Origin: Candidatus Pelagibacter sp.
Lineage (GTDB): Bacteria > Pseudomonadota > Alphaproteobacteria > Pelagibacterales > Pelagibacteraceae
Length of the DNA: 64,000 nucleotides
Direction of reading: 5' to 3'
Assembly: GCF_052049675.1 (NCBI RefSeq)
Contig: NZ_JBNGZM010000001.1
Location: 348,242-412,241, forward strand
A model generated the notes under the pieces. The model searched no databases and was not told the DNA's origin. It saw only the letters and a list, made by a program, of their open reading frames with translations. Each line of letters begins with the position of its first letter. Position 1 is the stretch's first letter. Shown here in pieces: positions 49,959 through 58,636 of this stretch. Made by a program: the position numbers and the translations under genes.

Positions 49959-50468
49959 TGGCTTTTTGGCCTATTTTACGGTCAAAAACACTAGTAAAAT
50001 CAACGTTTTTTTAATATTTAAGCTTATTTTAACACAAACAGCAATATTCACCCTTCAGTTGCACTATATATCTTGATATAACGAAATAAAGCACATCTAT
50101 GGCTGTTTAAAACATATATTCTATAACTGCATTGCTCTACTTTTAAATGATACCAAGGCTAAATTTAGTGTCAAATTTTATGGAATTTTTTTAAATTTTG
50201 TTCCCCTATCAACTTATTAAAATTAAAAGTTTGAATTTTATTTTTAATTTGCCAATAAAATCATTGGTATTAAACACTTTAAGTATTATGGTTTATTTTC
50301 TTTATTAAGATTGTTATTTTTGGCTTTATCTATTTAAAATAACAATTATTAATTTTATAATTTGTCTTAATTTATATTTTTTATAATTATAAAAAACATA
50401 ACAATTACAATAGTTTAAAAATATATTTTAAAGTATTGGATTATATATTAGTAACTATTTATTTACTA

Positions 50469-51320
50469 TTAATTAGAACGAGTAAGCAAATATTCTCTTC
50501 TAGAAATATATAGGCCACTTAGAACAATGATAAACAAACCTAAATATGTCCAGTTATCAGGTAATTCATGAAAGAAATAGTAACTAATTAGTATATTGGT
50601 AATTATCTCTGTATAGCCCAAAGGAGCTAATTTAGAGGCATCAGCGTATTTGAGTGATAATATTAGGAAAAGATGCGCTACGGAGGCTATAAGGCCAATT
50701 AAAGCCATTAAAATCCACTGATTTGACGTGGGATTGATCCAAACTGACGGCATAAAAAGGCTTATTATTATAGTTCCAATCAAACCAGACAGCAAAAGGG
50801 TTAATAGAGGATTATCAGAGGTGCTTAGTTTTCTAGTGATAATGAGATAAAATCCATAGCAAATTCCATTACCTAAGGCAGCCATAGTAGCCAAGTTAAG
50901 CTCAATAAAGCCAGGTCTAATTACAATTAATGTTCCAATAAATCCCAATGAAACAGCTGTCCACCTTTTCACCCCTACCTTCTCATTTAAAAAAAATGGA
51001 GATAAGGCTGTAACACAAATTGGAGCGACAAAAGCTAAGGTTAAGGCTTTAGGAAGTGAAATTTCAGATATGGCGTAAAAAAATAAATAAGTAGAAAAAA
51101 CAAAAATTAATCCTCTAATTAATTGAAGGGCTGGTTTTTTTGTCCAAACTAATGAATGTCTATAAAAAATAAGCATTAAGGATAATGTGAAGACTACAGT
51201 AAAAAAATATCTTGCCCACGTTATCTGTAAAACATCCATAGATGAGCTTAAATATTTAGCAAAAGCATCCATTACAGGAACAATCATCCAAGCAGTAGCA
51301 TTTAAAATTATAGCCCTCAT
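50469..51320 (-). CDS. EamA/DMT-family transporter
   Basis: Ten TM helices, two EamA repeats. Confidence 0.8.
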   Translation of the reverse strand: MRAIILNATAWMIVPVMDAFAKYLSSSMDVLQITWARYFFTVVFTLSLMLIFYRHSLVWTKKPALQLIRGLIFVFSTYLFFYAISEISLPKALTLAFVAPICVTALSPFFLNEKVGVKRWTAVSLGFIGTLIVIRPGFIELNLATMAALGNGICYGFYLIITRKLSTSDNPLLTLLLSGLIGTIIISLFMPSVWINPTSNQWILMALIGLIASVAHLFLILSLKYADASKLAPLGYTEIITNILISYYFFHELPDNWTYLGLFIIVLSGLYISRREYLLTRSN

Positions 51321-51340
51321 GATATATATAAGGATATCTC

Positions 51341-52240
51341 TTAATAGAAGTATTTTAAAGCAAAGAATAATGTAATTGGAATAGTGAATAAGGACATGAT
51401 TGTAGATACTACAATCGTGCTAGAAATATTATCCACAATTTCTTTTGGAGAGTACATGTGTGCAACCAAGTAACATAAAATTGCACTTGGCATACACGAT
51501 TGTATCAACAATACACCCGCAGGTATTCCAGATAAATTAAAAAATTTAATAACAGCAAAACCAATAATTGGCCCAAGTATTACTCTTCCAAAGGAAGTTA
51601 TTAATGCATCTTTAAAAGAAAATACTTTCATTTGAGTAAGAGCTACTCCAAGAGACATTAGGATCATTACAATCATACCGTAGGCTAAAAGCATTACAGT
51701 ATTTAATACAAATTGAGGAAACGGTATTTCAAAATATAAAAAAACAACTGTTATTATAATTGCATAAAAAGATGGACTTTTTAATATAATTTTAAAATCA
51801 AATGAGCGTTTTGCTAAGAATATATTAAGTGTAAAATGCAGTAAAACAATTAGAGATGAAATTGCTGCAGCTATCCCCATTCCTAATTCGCCATAAGCAA
51901 ATAAGCATATTGGAATACCCATATTGCCTGTATTTGGTAAAATAAATGTAGGTAATTCTCGAATATAATCTTTTTTCATTAGTATAAGAAAAATTAATCC
52001 AACAACACCAAATAGACTTAATAGAATTATTGAGTAACCAAAATACTCTTTAAATACTTCAAAAGTAACACCACCTGCCGTAATTGCAAAAATTACTAAT
52101 GCTGGTGTTCCAAAATTACCAGCGTATGTAGTTATAAATGATGTATCAAAATCTGGATTTTTTTTACCTAGGTGATATCCAAGTCCTACTATTAAGAATA
52201 CTGGAAATAAAACCTCAAAAAGTTTTAAATAAATTTCCAT
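51341..52240 (-). CDS. AEC (auxin efflux carrier) family membrane transporter
   Basis: About 10 TM helices; PVFLIVGLGY N-terminus and MPSAI motif, typical of PF03547. Confidence 0.75.
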   Translation of the reverse strand: MEIYLKLFEVLFPVFLIVGLGYHLGKKNPDFDTSFITTYAGNFGTPALVIFAITAGGVTFEVFKEYFGYSIILLSLFGVVGLIFLILMKKDYIRELPTFILPNTGNMGIPICLFAYGELGMGIAAAISSLIVLLHFTLNIFLAKRSFDFKIILKSPSFYAIIITVVFLYFEIPFPQFVLNTVMLLAYGMIVMILMSLGVALTQMKVFSFKDALITSFGRVILGPIIGFAVIKFFNLSGIPAGVLLIQSCMPSAILCYLVAHMYSPKEIVDNISSTIVVSTIMSLFTIPITLFFALKYFY

Positions 52241-53532
52241 TAACCAAGCAATCTAATTAATGTTGGTGTTTTTAGAATATTTTTATTTTTCTTGAAAATA
52301 GATAAACAGTTATGAATATTAATATCAGTTGTTTTATGAGTAATAATAACAATTGTTGCTTTATTATTTTTTTTATCAGGTGTCTGTATTAGCCTTTTAA
52401 CTGAAATTTTATATTTAGCTAAACGATTAGTTATTTCAGATAATACACCAGGCTTATCTTTTACTTCGAACCTCAAATATAATGAATTAACATAATTATT
52501 TAAATTATATGGTTTTAAAGATTTGAGCTTAGAAACACTAACACCAAAAGGTTTTTTTATATTTCCACGCAAAATTGATAATAAATCAGAAAGCAATGAT
52601 GAAGAAGTAGGACCTGGTCCAGCTCCCTCCCCTTGTAAAATACTTTCTCCAACTGGTTTACCTTGAAGAATAACTGCATTCATCACACCGTTTACATTAC
52701 CAATATAAGATTTTTTACTAACTAAACATGGATGAACGGTTTCAAAGAGATGATTATATTTTAACTCAGAAATTCCCAGTAGCTTTATTCTTAAATCTAA
52801 TTGATTAGCAATTTTAATATCTTTTAATTCAATTTTTTCTATTCCTTCCATTAAACATTTATGTTTAGAAATTTTACTATTAAAGGCTAATGCAGACAAA
52901 ATTCTTACTTTGGCAAATGCATCAAAACCATTTAGGTCTAATTTTGGATTACCAGGTTCTGCATAACCAAGTACCTGTGCTTTTTTTAAAACATCTGCAA
53001 AATTTTCATTCGAATTTTCCATTTCAGATAAAATGTAATTTGAAGTACCGTTCAAAATTCCGTAAACTTTTGATATTTTGTTTGTTGCCAATCCTTCTTT
53101 AATAGATCTTAATATTGGGATACCACCAGCAACTGATGCTTCAAATTCCAAATTAACTTTATTTTTTTCTGCAAGTTTTGCTAACTCATTACCATGTTTC
53201 GAGATTAAAGCTTTATTAGGTGTAATAACATGAATTTTGCTTTTTAAAGCAGTTTCTACAACTTTTTTAGAAATTCCATCTGATAAACCTATAGCTTCAA
53301 ATAATATATCAATATTATTTTTCTTAAAAATTTCTAAAGGATTTTTGTAAAATATTTTTTTATTAACTTTGAATTTTCTTTTTTTATTAATATTTCTAGC
53401 AGAAACAGCCATGACATTAATTTTCTTACCTGTTTTAAGCTCTATATCTTTTTTTTTTGTATTTAGTTCATTTAGCAAATAATTGCCAACCTGACCAAGT
53501 CCTACTAATGCAATATTAATTAATTTACTCAT
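52240..53532 (-). CDS. hom: Homoserine dehydrogenase
   Basis: INIALVGLGQVG NAD-binding fold, ILNGTSNYIL, C-terminal ACT domain. Confidence 0.92.
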   Translation of the reverse strand: MSKLINIALVGLGQVGNYLLNELNTKKKDIELKTGKKINVMAVSARNINKKRKFKVNKKIFYKNPLEIFKKNNIDILFEAIGLSDGISKKVVETALKSKIHVITPNKALISKHGNELAKLAEKNKVNLEFEASVAGGIPILRSIKEGLATNKISKVYGILNGTSNYILSEMENSNENFADVLKKAQVLGYAEPGNPKLDLNGFDAFAKVRILSALAFNSKISKHKCLMEGIEKIELKDIKIANQLDLRIKLLGISELKYNHLFETVHPCLVSKKSYIGNVNGVMNAVILQGKPVGESILQGEGAGPGPTSSSLLSDLLSILRGNIKKPFGVSVSKLKSLKPYNLNNYVNSLYLRFEVKDKPGVLSEITNRLAKYKISVKRLIQTPDKKNNKATIVIITHKTTDINIHNCLSIFKKNKNILKTPTLIRLLG

Positions 53533-53756
53533 TTGCTTATATCTGGATATTTACTTTTTTTTGTATAGTCATCTATATAAATCTCATATTCCTCTAATGT
53601 CATTGATGTTATATCGTCTGATTTTTTTAATATTTCATTTAATTTTTTTTGATTAGTTTTACTTTCAATAGAATTTTCTGTCCAATATTGAGAATCTTTG
53701 TTTAATGAACAATTAGCTAATATTAAAGAATATAAAATCATTATAAATTTTCTCAT
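53529..53756 (-). CDS. Small hypothetical lipoprotein
   Basis: Lipobox LILANC. Overlaps both argC (upstream) and hom (downstream) by 4 nt, so it is probably co-translated in the operon. Confidence 0.5.
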   Translation of the reverse strand: MRKFIMILYSLILANCSLNKDSQYWTENSIESKTNQKKLNEILKKSDDITSMTLEEYEIYIDDYTKKSKYPDISK

Positions 53757-54775
53757 TTTAATCCAGTCGTTTCAGAAAAATTAAATTTATTATTCAGATT
53801 TTGTACAGCTTGACCTGCTCCACCCTTAATCAAATTATCAATAGCAGATAAAATGATTATTTTACTGCTATATTTAGATTTGCACACTGAAATATAACAA
53901 TTGTTTGTATTTATTACGTTGTTGGTGCTTAACAATGTGCCAGACTTTAATATTTTTACAAAACTTTCGTTTTTATAAAAACTAATTAATGTTTTTAATA
54001 CTTTTGTTTGTGAAATATTATTTTCTAAATCAACATATATTGTACTCAGAATGCCTCTAAACATTGGTGATAAGTGAGGAGTAAAACTAAATTGAAATTT
54101 TTTTTTAGTAAATTTTCTTAACATTTGATCTATTTCAGAATTGTGACGATGAAAACCAACTCCATATGCACTTAAAGATTCATATAGATTTTTATCTTTA
54201 TACTTTTTGTGAACTCCTCTACCAGCGCCTGAATATCCAGATTTTGAATCAATTATTATATTATTTAATTTAATTAAATTTTTCTTAAATAAAGGAAATA
54301 GAGGAAGCAATATTGATGTCGGATAACATCCTGGGCATGAAATAATGTTATATTTTTTAATCTCTTTTCTATTAATTTCAGGAAGTAAATAAATACTTTT
54401 TTTTATTAAATTAGTTGCTCGATGTTTTTGTTTATACCACTTTAAATAATCAGAAGCTTTTTCTAATCTAAAATCTGCAGCAAGATCTATTAGAGTATGA
54501 TTTTTGCTTAAATGTTTAGATATGTCCTGTGCTTCCCCATTTGGAAGTGCTGTAAAGATAATATGAACGTCTTTTAATAGTTTTTTATTAAATTTTAAAA
54601 TTTTTGGTAATTTATATTTAGATAAAGATTTATCGTAAAATTTGACATGTTTACCCACAGAAGAGTTTCCACAAAGGTATTTAATATTAATATATTTGTG
54701 TTTAACTAATAATTTAATTAATTGAACACCAATGTATCCAGTTGATCCAGCAACTAATGCGTTAAACTTAGGCAT
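53753..54775 (-). CDS. argC: N-acetyl-gamma-glutamyl-phosphate reductase
   Basis: VAGSTGYIGVQL, active-site SCPGCYPT. Confidence 0.9.
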   Translation of the reverse strand: MPKFNALVAGSTGYIGVQLIKLLVKHKYINIKYLCGNSSVGKHVKFYDKSLSKYKLPKILKFNKKLLKDVHIIFTALPNGEAQDISKHLSKNHTLIDLAADFRLEKASDYLKWYKQKHRATNLIKKSIYLLPEINRKEIKKYNIISCPGCYPTSILLPLFPLFKKNLIKLNNIIIDSKSGYSGAGRGVHKKYKDKNLYESLSAYGVGFHRHNSEIDQMLRKFTKKKFQFSFTPHLSPMFRGILSTIYVDLENNISQTKVLKTLISFYKNESFVKILKSGTLLSTNNVINTNNCYISVCKSKYSSKIIILSAIDNLIKGGAGQAVQNLNNKFNFSETTGLK

Positions 54776-54808
54776 TTTTTATTATAACAGTTAAAAATTA
54801 AAAAAAAA

Positions 54809-55246
54809 TTATCTTTTAGAGAATTGGAAGCTTCTTCTAGCTTTTCTTCTACCAGGTTTTTTTCTTTCAACTGCCCTTGAGTCTCTGGTAGTAAGTTTCT
54901 CTGTTTTTAATGTAGCTTTTAGATTTTCATCAAATAATACTAAAGCTTTTGAAATACCATGAACCATAGCCCCTGCTTGGCCTGTAGGTCCTCCTCCTTT
55001 TACACTGCATCTTACATCATAATCAGTAGCCTGATTAATAATCTCGAAAGGTCTTGTAATTTGCATTTTATGAGTTTCGTCAGCAAAATAATCACTAAAT
55101 AATTTACCATTTACATAAATTTTGCCAGAACCTTTTTTTAACCAAACTTTTGCAATTGATGTTTTTCTTCTACCAGTAGCATATTTACTATCTTTAAAAT
55201 CTAATTTTAATTTTGGAGATTTTGATGCTGATTGAGTATTTTCCAT
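54809..55246 (-). CDS. rpsI: 30S ribosomal protein S9
   Basis: ATGRRKTSIAKVWL, GGGPTGQAGA, C-terminal RRKARRSFQFSKR. Confidence 0.97.
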   Translation of the reverse strand: MENTQSASKSPKLKLDFKDSKYATGRRKTSIAKVWLKKGSGKIYVNGKLFSDYFADETHKMQITRPFEIINQATDYDVRCSVKGGGPTGQAGAMVHGISKALVLFDENLKATLKTEKLTTRDSRAVERKKPGRRKARRSFQFSKR

Positions 55247-55247
55247 C

Positions 55248-55706
55248 TTAGTTTCTAGCTATATTTTTACTGTTTAATTTATCTAAATCTATTACAGTCG
55301 GATTTTGTGCTGAATGCGGGTGTTCATTTCCTGCATAAATTTTTAATTTTGTTAATTGTTTTCTCCCCAATACTCCACCAGGTAACATTCTTTTAACTGC
55401 CATTTTTAAAGTTTCCCCAGGTTTTTTTTCATGAAGTTTCTCAGGTGTTGTAACTTTAATTCCACCTGGATGACCAGTATGTCTGTAATATTTTTTATCT
55501 TGAAATTTTTTTCCAGTAAATTTTGCTTGTTCAATATTTTTAACAACTACAAAGTCACCATCATCCATATGAGGAGTGTATGTAGTTTTGTTCTTGCCTC
55601 TTATGATATTGGAAACAACAGTTGCTAATCTTCCAACTACTGCATTCTTTGCGTCTATTTCATACCAAGATGAAATTAATTGGTCTTTTTTAGTGAATTT
55701 TGTCAT
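55248..55706 (-). CDS. rplM: 50S ribosomal protein L13
   Basis: WYEIDAKNAVVGRLAT, YYRHTGHPGG, AVKRMLP. Confidence 0.97.
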   Translation of the reverse strand: MTKFTKKDQLISSWYEIDAKNAVVGRLATVVSNIIRGKNKTTYTPHMDDGDFVVVKNIEQAKFTGKKFQDKKYYRHTGHPGGIKVTTPEKLHEKKPGETLKMAVKRMLPGGVLGRKQLTKLKIYAGNEHPHSAQNPTVIDLDKLNSKNIARN

Positions 55707-55790
55707 TGTGCGAGGATTAATACTATTAATAATTACAAAGTCAATTTTATATTTGGCTTGAAATATGTAGCTAATATGCTAAAAATTAGT

Positions 55791-55833
55791 TGCCGATTTG
55801 ATCCTATTGCGGGCATATAACTGCTAAAAAGGA
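55791..55833 (+). promoter_or_regulatory. Upstream SAM-II/SAM-V-like aptamer copy in the metY leader (tentative)
   Basis: tgcc-GATTTGA-tcCTATTGCG-ggca-tataa-CTGCTAAAAAGGA. It is collinear with the downstream motif and has a CGAUUU...GCUAAAAAG flavour of SAM-II. The P2 pairing is unclear. Confidence 0.45.
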
Positions 55834-55859
55834 AATTTCATAAAATTGACAAAATCGGT

Positions 55860-55914
55860 AGGCATTTGAACTGTATTGTGCGCCTGACATAATGTTGAAG
55901 CACTAAAAAAGGAG
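55860..55914 (+). promoter_or_regulatory. SAM-V-type (SAM-II-like) H-type pseudoknot riboswitch overlapping the metY Shine-Dalgarno
   Basis: P1 aggc(55860-63)/gcct(55882-85); P2 gtgc(55878-81)/gcac(55900-03); U-rich L1 auuug; 3' A-tract running into AGGAG 55910-14, 4 nt before ATG 55919. The SAM-V class was originally defined on Pelagibacter metY leaders. Confidence 0.65.
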
Positions 55915-55918
55915 TAAA

Positions 55919-57247
55919 ATGATTAAAAAAAGAAATAACCCTGAAACTATTGCCATACATGGTGGTGACTATAGAAGTGATCCAGCGACGAACGCAGTAG
56001 CTGTTCCAATTTATAGAACAACATCTTACCAATTTAATAACACAGAGCACGCTGCTAACCTTTTCGCTCTTAAAGAATTTGGTAATATATATACTCGTAT
56101 AATGAATCCTACAAATGATGTTCTGGAAAAAAGAGTTGCCGCTCTTGAAGGAGGTCTATCATGTGTAACTGTATCCTCAGGTCAAACAGCTTCAACGTTT
56201 GCTGTATTAAATGTAGCCCAAGCCGGTGATAATATAATAAGCTCAACTGATCTTTATGGTGGTACAGTATCTTTATTCACACATACACTTAGTAAACTTG
56301 GTATAGAGATAAGATATGCAGATCCAAGTAATCCAGAAAATTTTGAAAAGTTAATAGATGATAAAACTAGAGCTTTTTATGGTGAAACCTTGCCAAATCC
56401 ATATTTAAGGGTGTTTCCAATAAAGGAAGTTTCTGACATTGGGAGAAAATATAATATTCCATTAATAATGGATAACACAGCTGCGCCAGTAATATGTAAA
56501 CCAATTGAACATGGAGCTGCAGTAGTAATTCACTCTCTCACAAAGTATATAGGTGGACATGGTACAGCAGTTGCTGGAAGTATAGTTGATAGTGGTAACT
56601 TTGATTGGACAGCAGACCCAAAAAGACAACCATTATTTAATGAGCCAGATGCAAGTTATGGTGATGTTGTTTGGGGAAAAGCTGTACCAGAATTAACTGG
56701 TGCTAATGTCCCCTTCGCTGTTAGAGCAAGAGTCTGTTTATTAAGAGACTTAGGATCAGCTCTGGCACCAGATAATGCTTTTGCAATAATTCAAGGACTT
56801 GAAACAGTTGCTTTAAGAATGAGACAGCATTGTGCTAACGCCGAGTATGTTGTTGATTTTCTTAAAAAACATAAAGAAGTTACAAAAGTTATTTATTCTA
56901 CAGAGCACGATAAACCCATTGCTGATAGAGCAAAAAAATATCTTAAAGGTGGAAATGGACCAATGATTGGTATTGAGCTTAAAGGTGGAATTGAAGCTGG
57001 TAAAAAATTTATCGAGTCTTTAAAAATGTTCTATCACGTAGCTAATATTGGTGATGCTAGAAGTTTAGCAATTCATCCAGCAAGTACAACTCATAGTCAA
57101 TTAAATGAGAAAGAACTAGCTGCATCAGGCGTTACTCAAAGTTATGTAAGACTTTGTATTGGTATTGAACACATCGATGATATTATTGAGGATCTTAATC
57201 AAGCATTGAATAAATCTTCAAAGGGTAATTTAAAAGCTGTAAGCTAA
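55919..57247 (+). CDS. metY: O-acetylhomoserine sulfhydrylase/aminocarboxypropyltransferase
   Basis: PLP enzyme; NPTNDVLEKRVAALEGG, HSLTKYIGGHG (PLP Lys), SLAIHPASTTH. Confidence 0.93.
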   Translation: MIKKRNNPETIAIHGGDYRSDPATNAVAVPIYRTTSYQFNNTEHAANLFALKEFGNIYTRIMNPTNDVLEKRVAALEGGLSCVTVSSGQTASTFAVLNVAQAGDNIISSTDLYGGTVSLFTHTLSKLGIEIRYADPSNPENFEKLIDDKTRAFYGETLPNPYLRVFPIKEVSDIGRKYNIPLIMDNTAAPVICKPIEHGAAVVIHSLTKYIGGHGTAVAGSIVDSGNFDWTADPKRQPLFNEPDASYGDVVWGKAVPELTGANVPFAVRARVCLLRDLGSALAPDNAFAIIQGLETVALRMRQHCANAEYVVDFLKKHKEVTKVIYSTEHDKPIADRAKKYLKGGNGPMIGIELKGGIEAGKKFIESLKMFYHVANIGDARSLAIHPASTTHSQLNEKELAASGVTQSYVRLCIGIEHIDDIIEDLNQALNKSSKGNLKAVS

Positions 57248-57276
57248 TTCGAGGTTTGAATGTCTAACAATAGAAA

Positions 57277-58302
57277 CTAATAAATATCCTCTCTATGTTT
57301 TGTTATATAAAGAAAATACAAAGTTGAAAGTATTATTAAAATAGAATTTATCTGGTGTAGAGATGCATAGAGCATTTTTACTCCAGATAAAATCGTTAGA
57401 ACACCCAAAACAATTTGAAATAATAAACTAATTCCAATAACAAAAAATGGAATTCTTAAATTAAGGTTTCCATTTTTTAAAATAAAAAAAAGGATGTAAA
57501 AATACAATACAACTATTAAATAAGCTAAATTTCTATGAATAAATTGAACAAGTGATTGATCATCAAAGACTGTGAAATTAAACAAATCATTGAATATACT
57601 GTCATCCGGAAAATATGATGAGCCCATTAAAGGCCAAGTATTGTAAATTTTTCCTGCATCCATCCCGGACACAAATGCTCCAATTATTAATTGTAAAAAT
57701 AATAATAAAAGAAAGAATTTAATTAAGTTTAATTTAATATTAATTTGATTAATTTTTATATTTGTTAGTTTTAAAAACTTCCAGAAAACTAAGGATAAAA
57801 TAATAAAAGCAATAAATAAATGTAGTGACAATCTATAATGACTAACATCAACTCTATCAACTAAACCACTTGAAACCATGTACCATCCAATAAATCCTTG
57901 AAAACACACTAAGAAAAAAATAATTGAATATTCTCTTAAAATCCAAACACCATTTTTAATTGTAAAATAAATCATTGGCAAAAGAACAGTTAGACCAATT
58001 AATCTTCCCAATTGACGATGTGCCCATTCCCACCAAAAAATTATTTTAAATTCACTTAAAGTCATATTGAAATTTTGTTCTTTAAATTCAGGTATTGTTT
58101 TATAAAGATCAAAATATTCTATCCATTTATCACTTGTTAAAGGAGGCAATGTACCAACGAAAAGCTCCCAAGTAGTAATAGATAGGCCAGAGTCAGTTAA
58201 TCTTGTTAGGCCCCCTACTAAAATTATAAGCACGATCATTAATAATAAAGTGATCATCCATATTTTTAATTGAGAATTTAAAGAATAATTCTGACTGTAC
58301 AT
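57277..58302 (-). CDS. ctaA: Heme A synthase (COX15/CtaA)
   Basis: GGLTRLTDSGLSITTW, EWAHRQLGR, FIHRNLAY conserved His motifs; 8 TM helices. Confidence 0.88.
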   Translation of the reverse strand: MYSQNYSLNSQLKIWMITLLLMIVLIILVGGLTRLTDSGLSITTWELFVGTLPPLTSDKWIEYFDLYKTIPEFKEQNFNMTLSEFKIIFWWEWAHRQLGRLIGLTVLLPMIYFTIKNGVWILREYSIIFFLVCFQGFIGWYMVSSGLVDRVDVSHYRLSLHLFIAFIILSLVFWKFLKLTNIKINQINIKLNLIKFFLLLLFLQLIIGAFVSGMDAGKIYNTWPLMGSSYFPDDSIFNDLFNFTVFDDQSLVQFIHRNLAYLIVVLYFYILFFILKNGNLNLRIPFFVIGISLLFQIVLGVLTILSGVKMLYASLHQINSILIILSTLYFLYITKHREDIY

Positions 58303-58345
58303 GATTAGATAAATATAATAATTATTAATTAAACCAATAAATTAA

Positions 58346-58636
58346 ATGTCGCCTAAAAACAAAAAAAAATTAGAAATAATAAGATCTAAATTAGATAAGT
58401 TAGATAATAAGTTGTTATTCTTGATTAAATTTAGAACAAATCTTGTAAAAGAAGTTTTAAAACTTAAAGAATTTAAAAAAGAAATTGTAGATAAAAAACG
58501 TATTAATTTTATACTTAAAAAAATTCATTCAAAATCTAAGAAACTAAAAATTGACCCTAGAATCACTAATCGTATTTGGAAAAATATGATTTTATCTTAT
58601 ATCGATTACGAAAAAAGAAACTTTAAAAAGAAGTAA
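58346..58636 (+). CDS. Chorismate mutase (AroQ class, monofunctional)
   Basis: LEIIRSKLDKLDNKLLFLIKFRTNLVKEV...KRINFILKKI...IWKNMI follows the CM_2 helix pattern. Confidence 0.7.
   Translation: MSPKNKKKLEIIRSKLDKLDNKLLFLIKFRTNLVKEVLKLKEFKKEIVDKKRINFILKKIHSKSKKLKIDPRITNRIWKNMILSYIDYEKRNFKKK

Larger units (their letters stand above)
43852..50468. other. Putative tRNA-Glu-associated accessory islet (surface-glycan genes plus recombinase plus MGMT plus ORF-free spacer); boundaries uncertain
   Basis: It starts 2 nt after the tRNA-Glu. Gene content is non-core. By eye A+T and homopolymer content are higher in 44.1-48.4 kb than in flanking core genes. A recombinase is present. The block ends in an atypical 510-bp non-coding tract. 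Confidence 0.45.

Noticed and set aside
50201-50208. ttccccta matches 8 nt of the tRNA-Glu T-arm/acceptor junction (attR remnant?). Also atggtttatt at 50288-50297 equals the first 10 nt of the GIY-YIG gene (43852-43861).
   Set aside because: Both matches are short. Rough estimates for this base composition give chance expectations of about 0.1 and 1 occurrences respectively, and the flanks do not extend the similarity. They are mentioned only as places to look if strain comparisons define the islet junction.
50377-50396. 20-nt perfect palindrome TTTTTTATAATTATAAAAAA.
   Set aside because: It is pure A/T low-complexity sequence, and such palindromes are expected by chance in DNA this A+T-rich. 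It is retained only as a landmark inside the 510-bp spacer finding.
48430-50468. Integron-like layout: a recombinase divergent from short promoterless ORFs (2-TM peptide, MGMT), followed by palindrome-containing non-coding DNA that might be an attC.
   Set aside because: The recombinase looks Cre/Xer-like. I cannot find the IntI-specific extra domain. The candidate site (GTTAGTA) does not fit the GTTRRRY core. No repeated attC-like structures with R''/L''-L'/R' organisation are evident.
55838-56050. 70-aa minus-strand ORF spanning the metY leader and the metY 5' end.
   Set aside because: It overlaps the well-supported metY CDS and the riboswitch-like leader, has no recognisable family, and has Cys/Arg-rich antisense-type composition.
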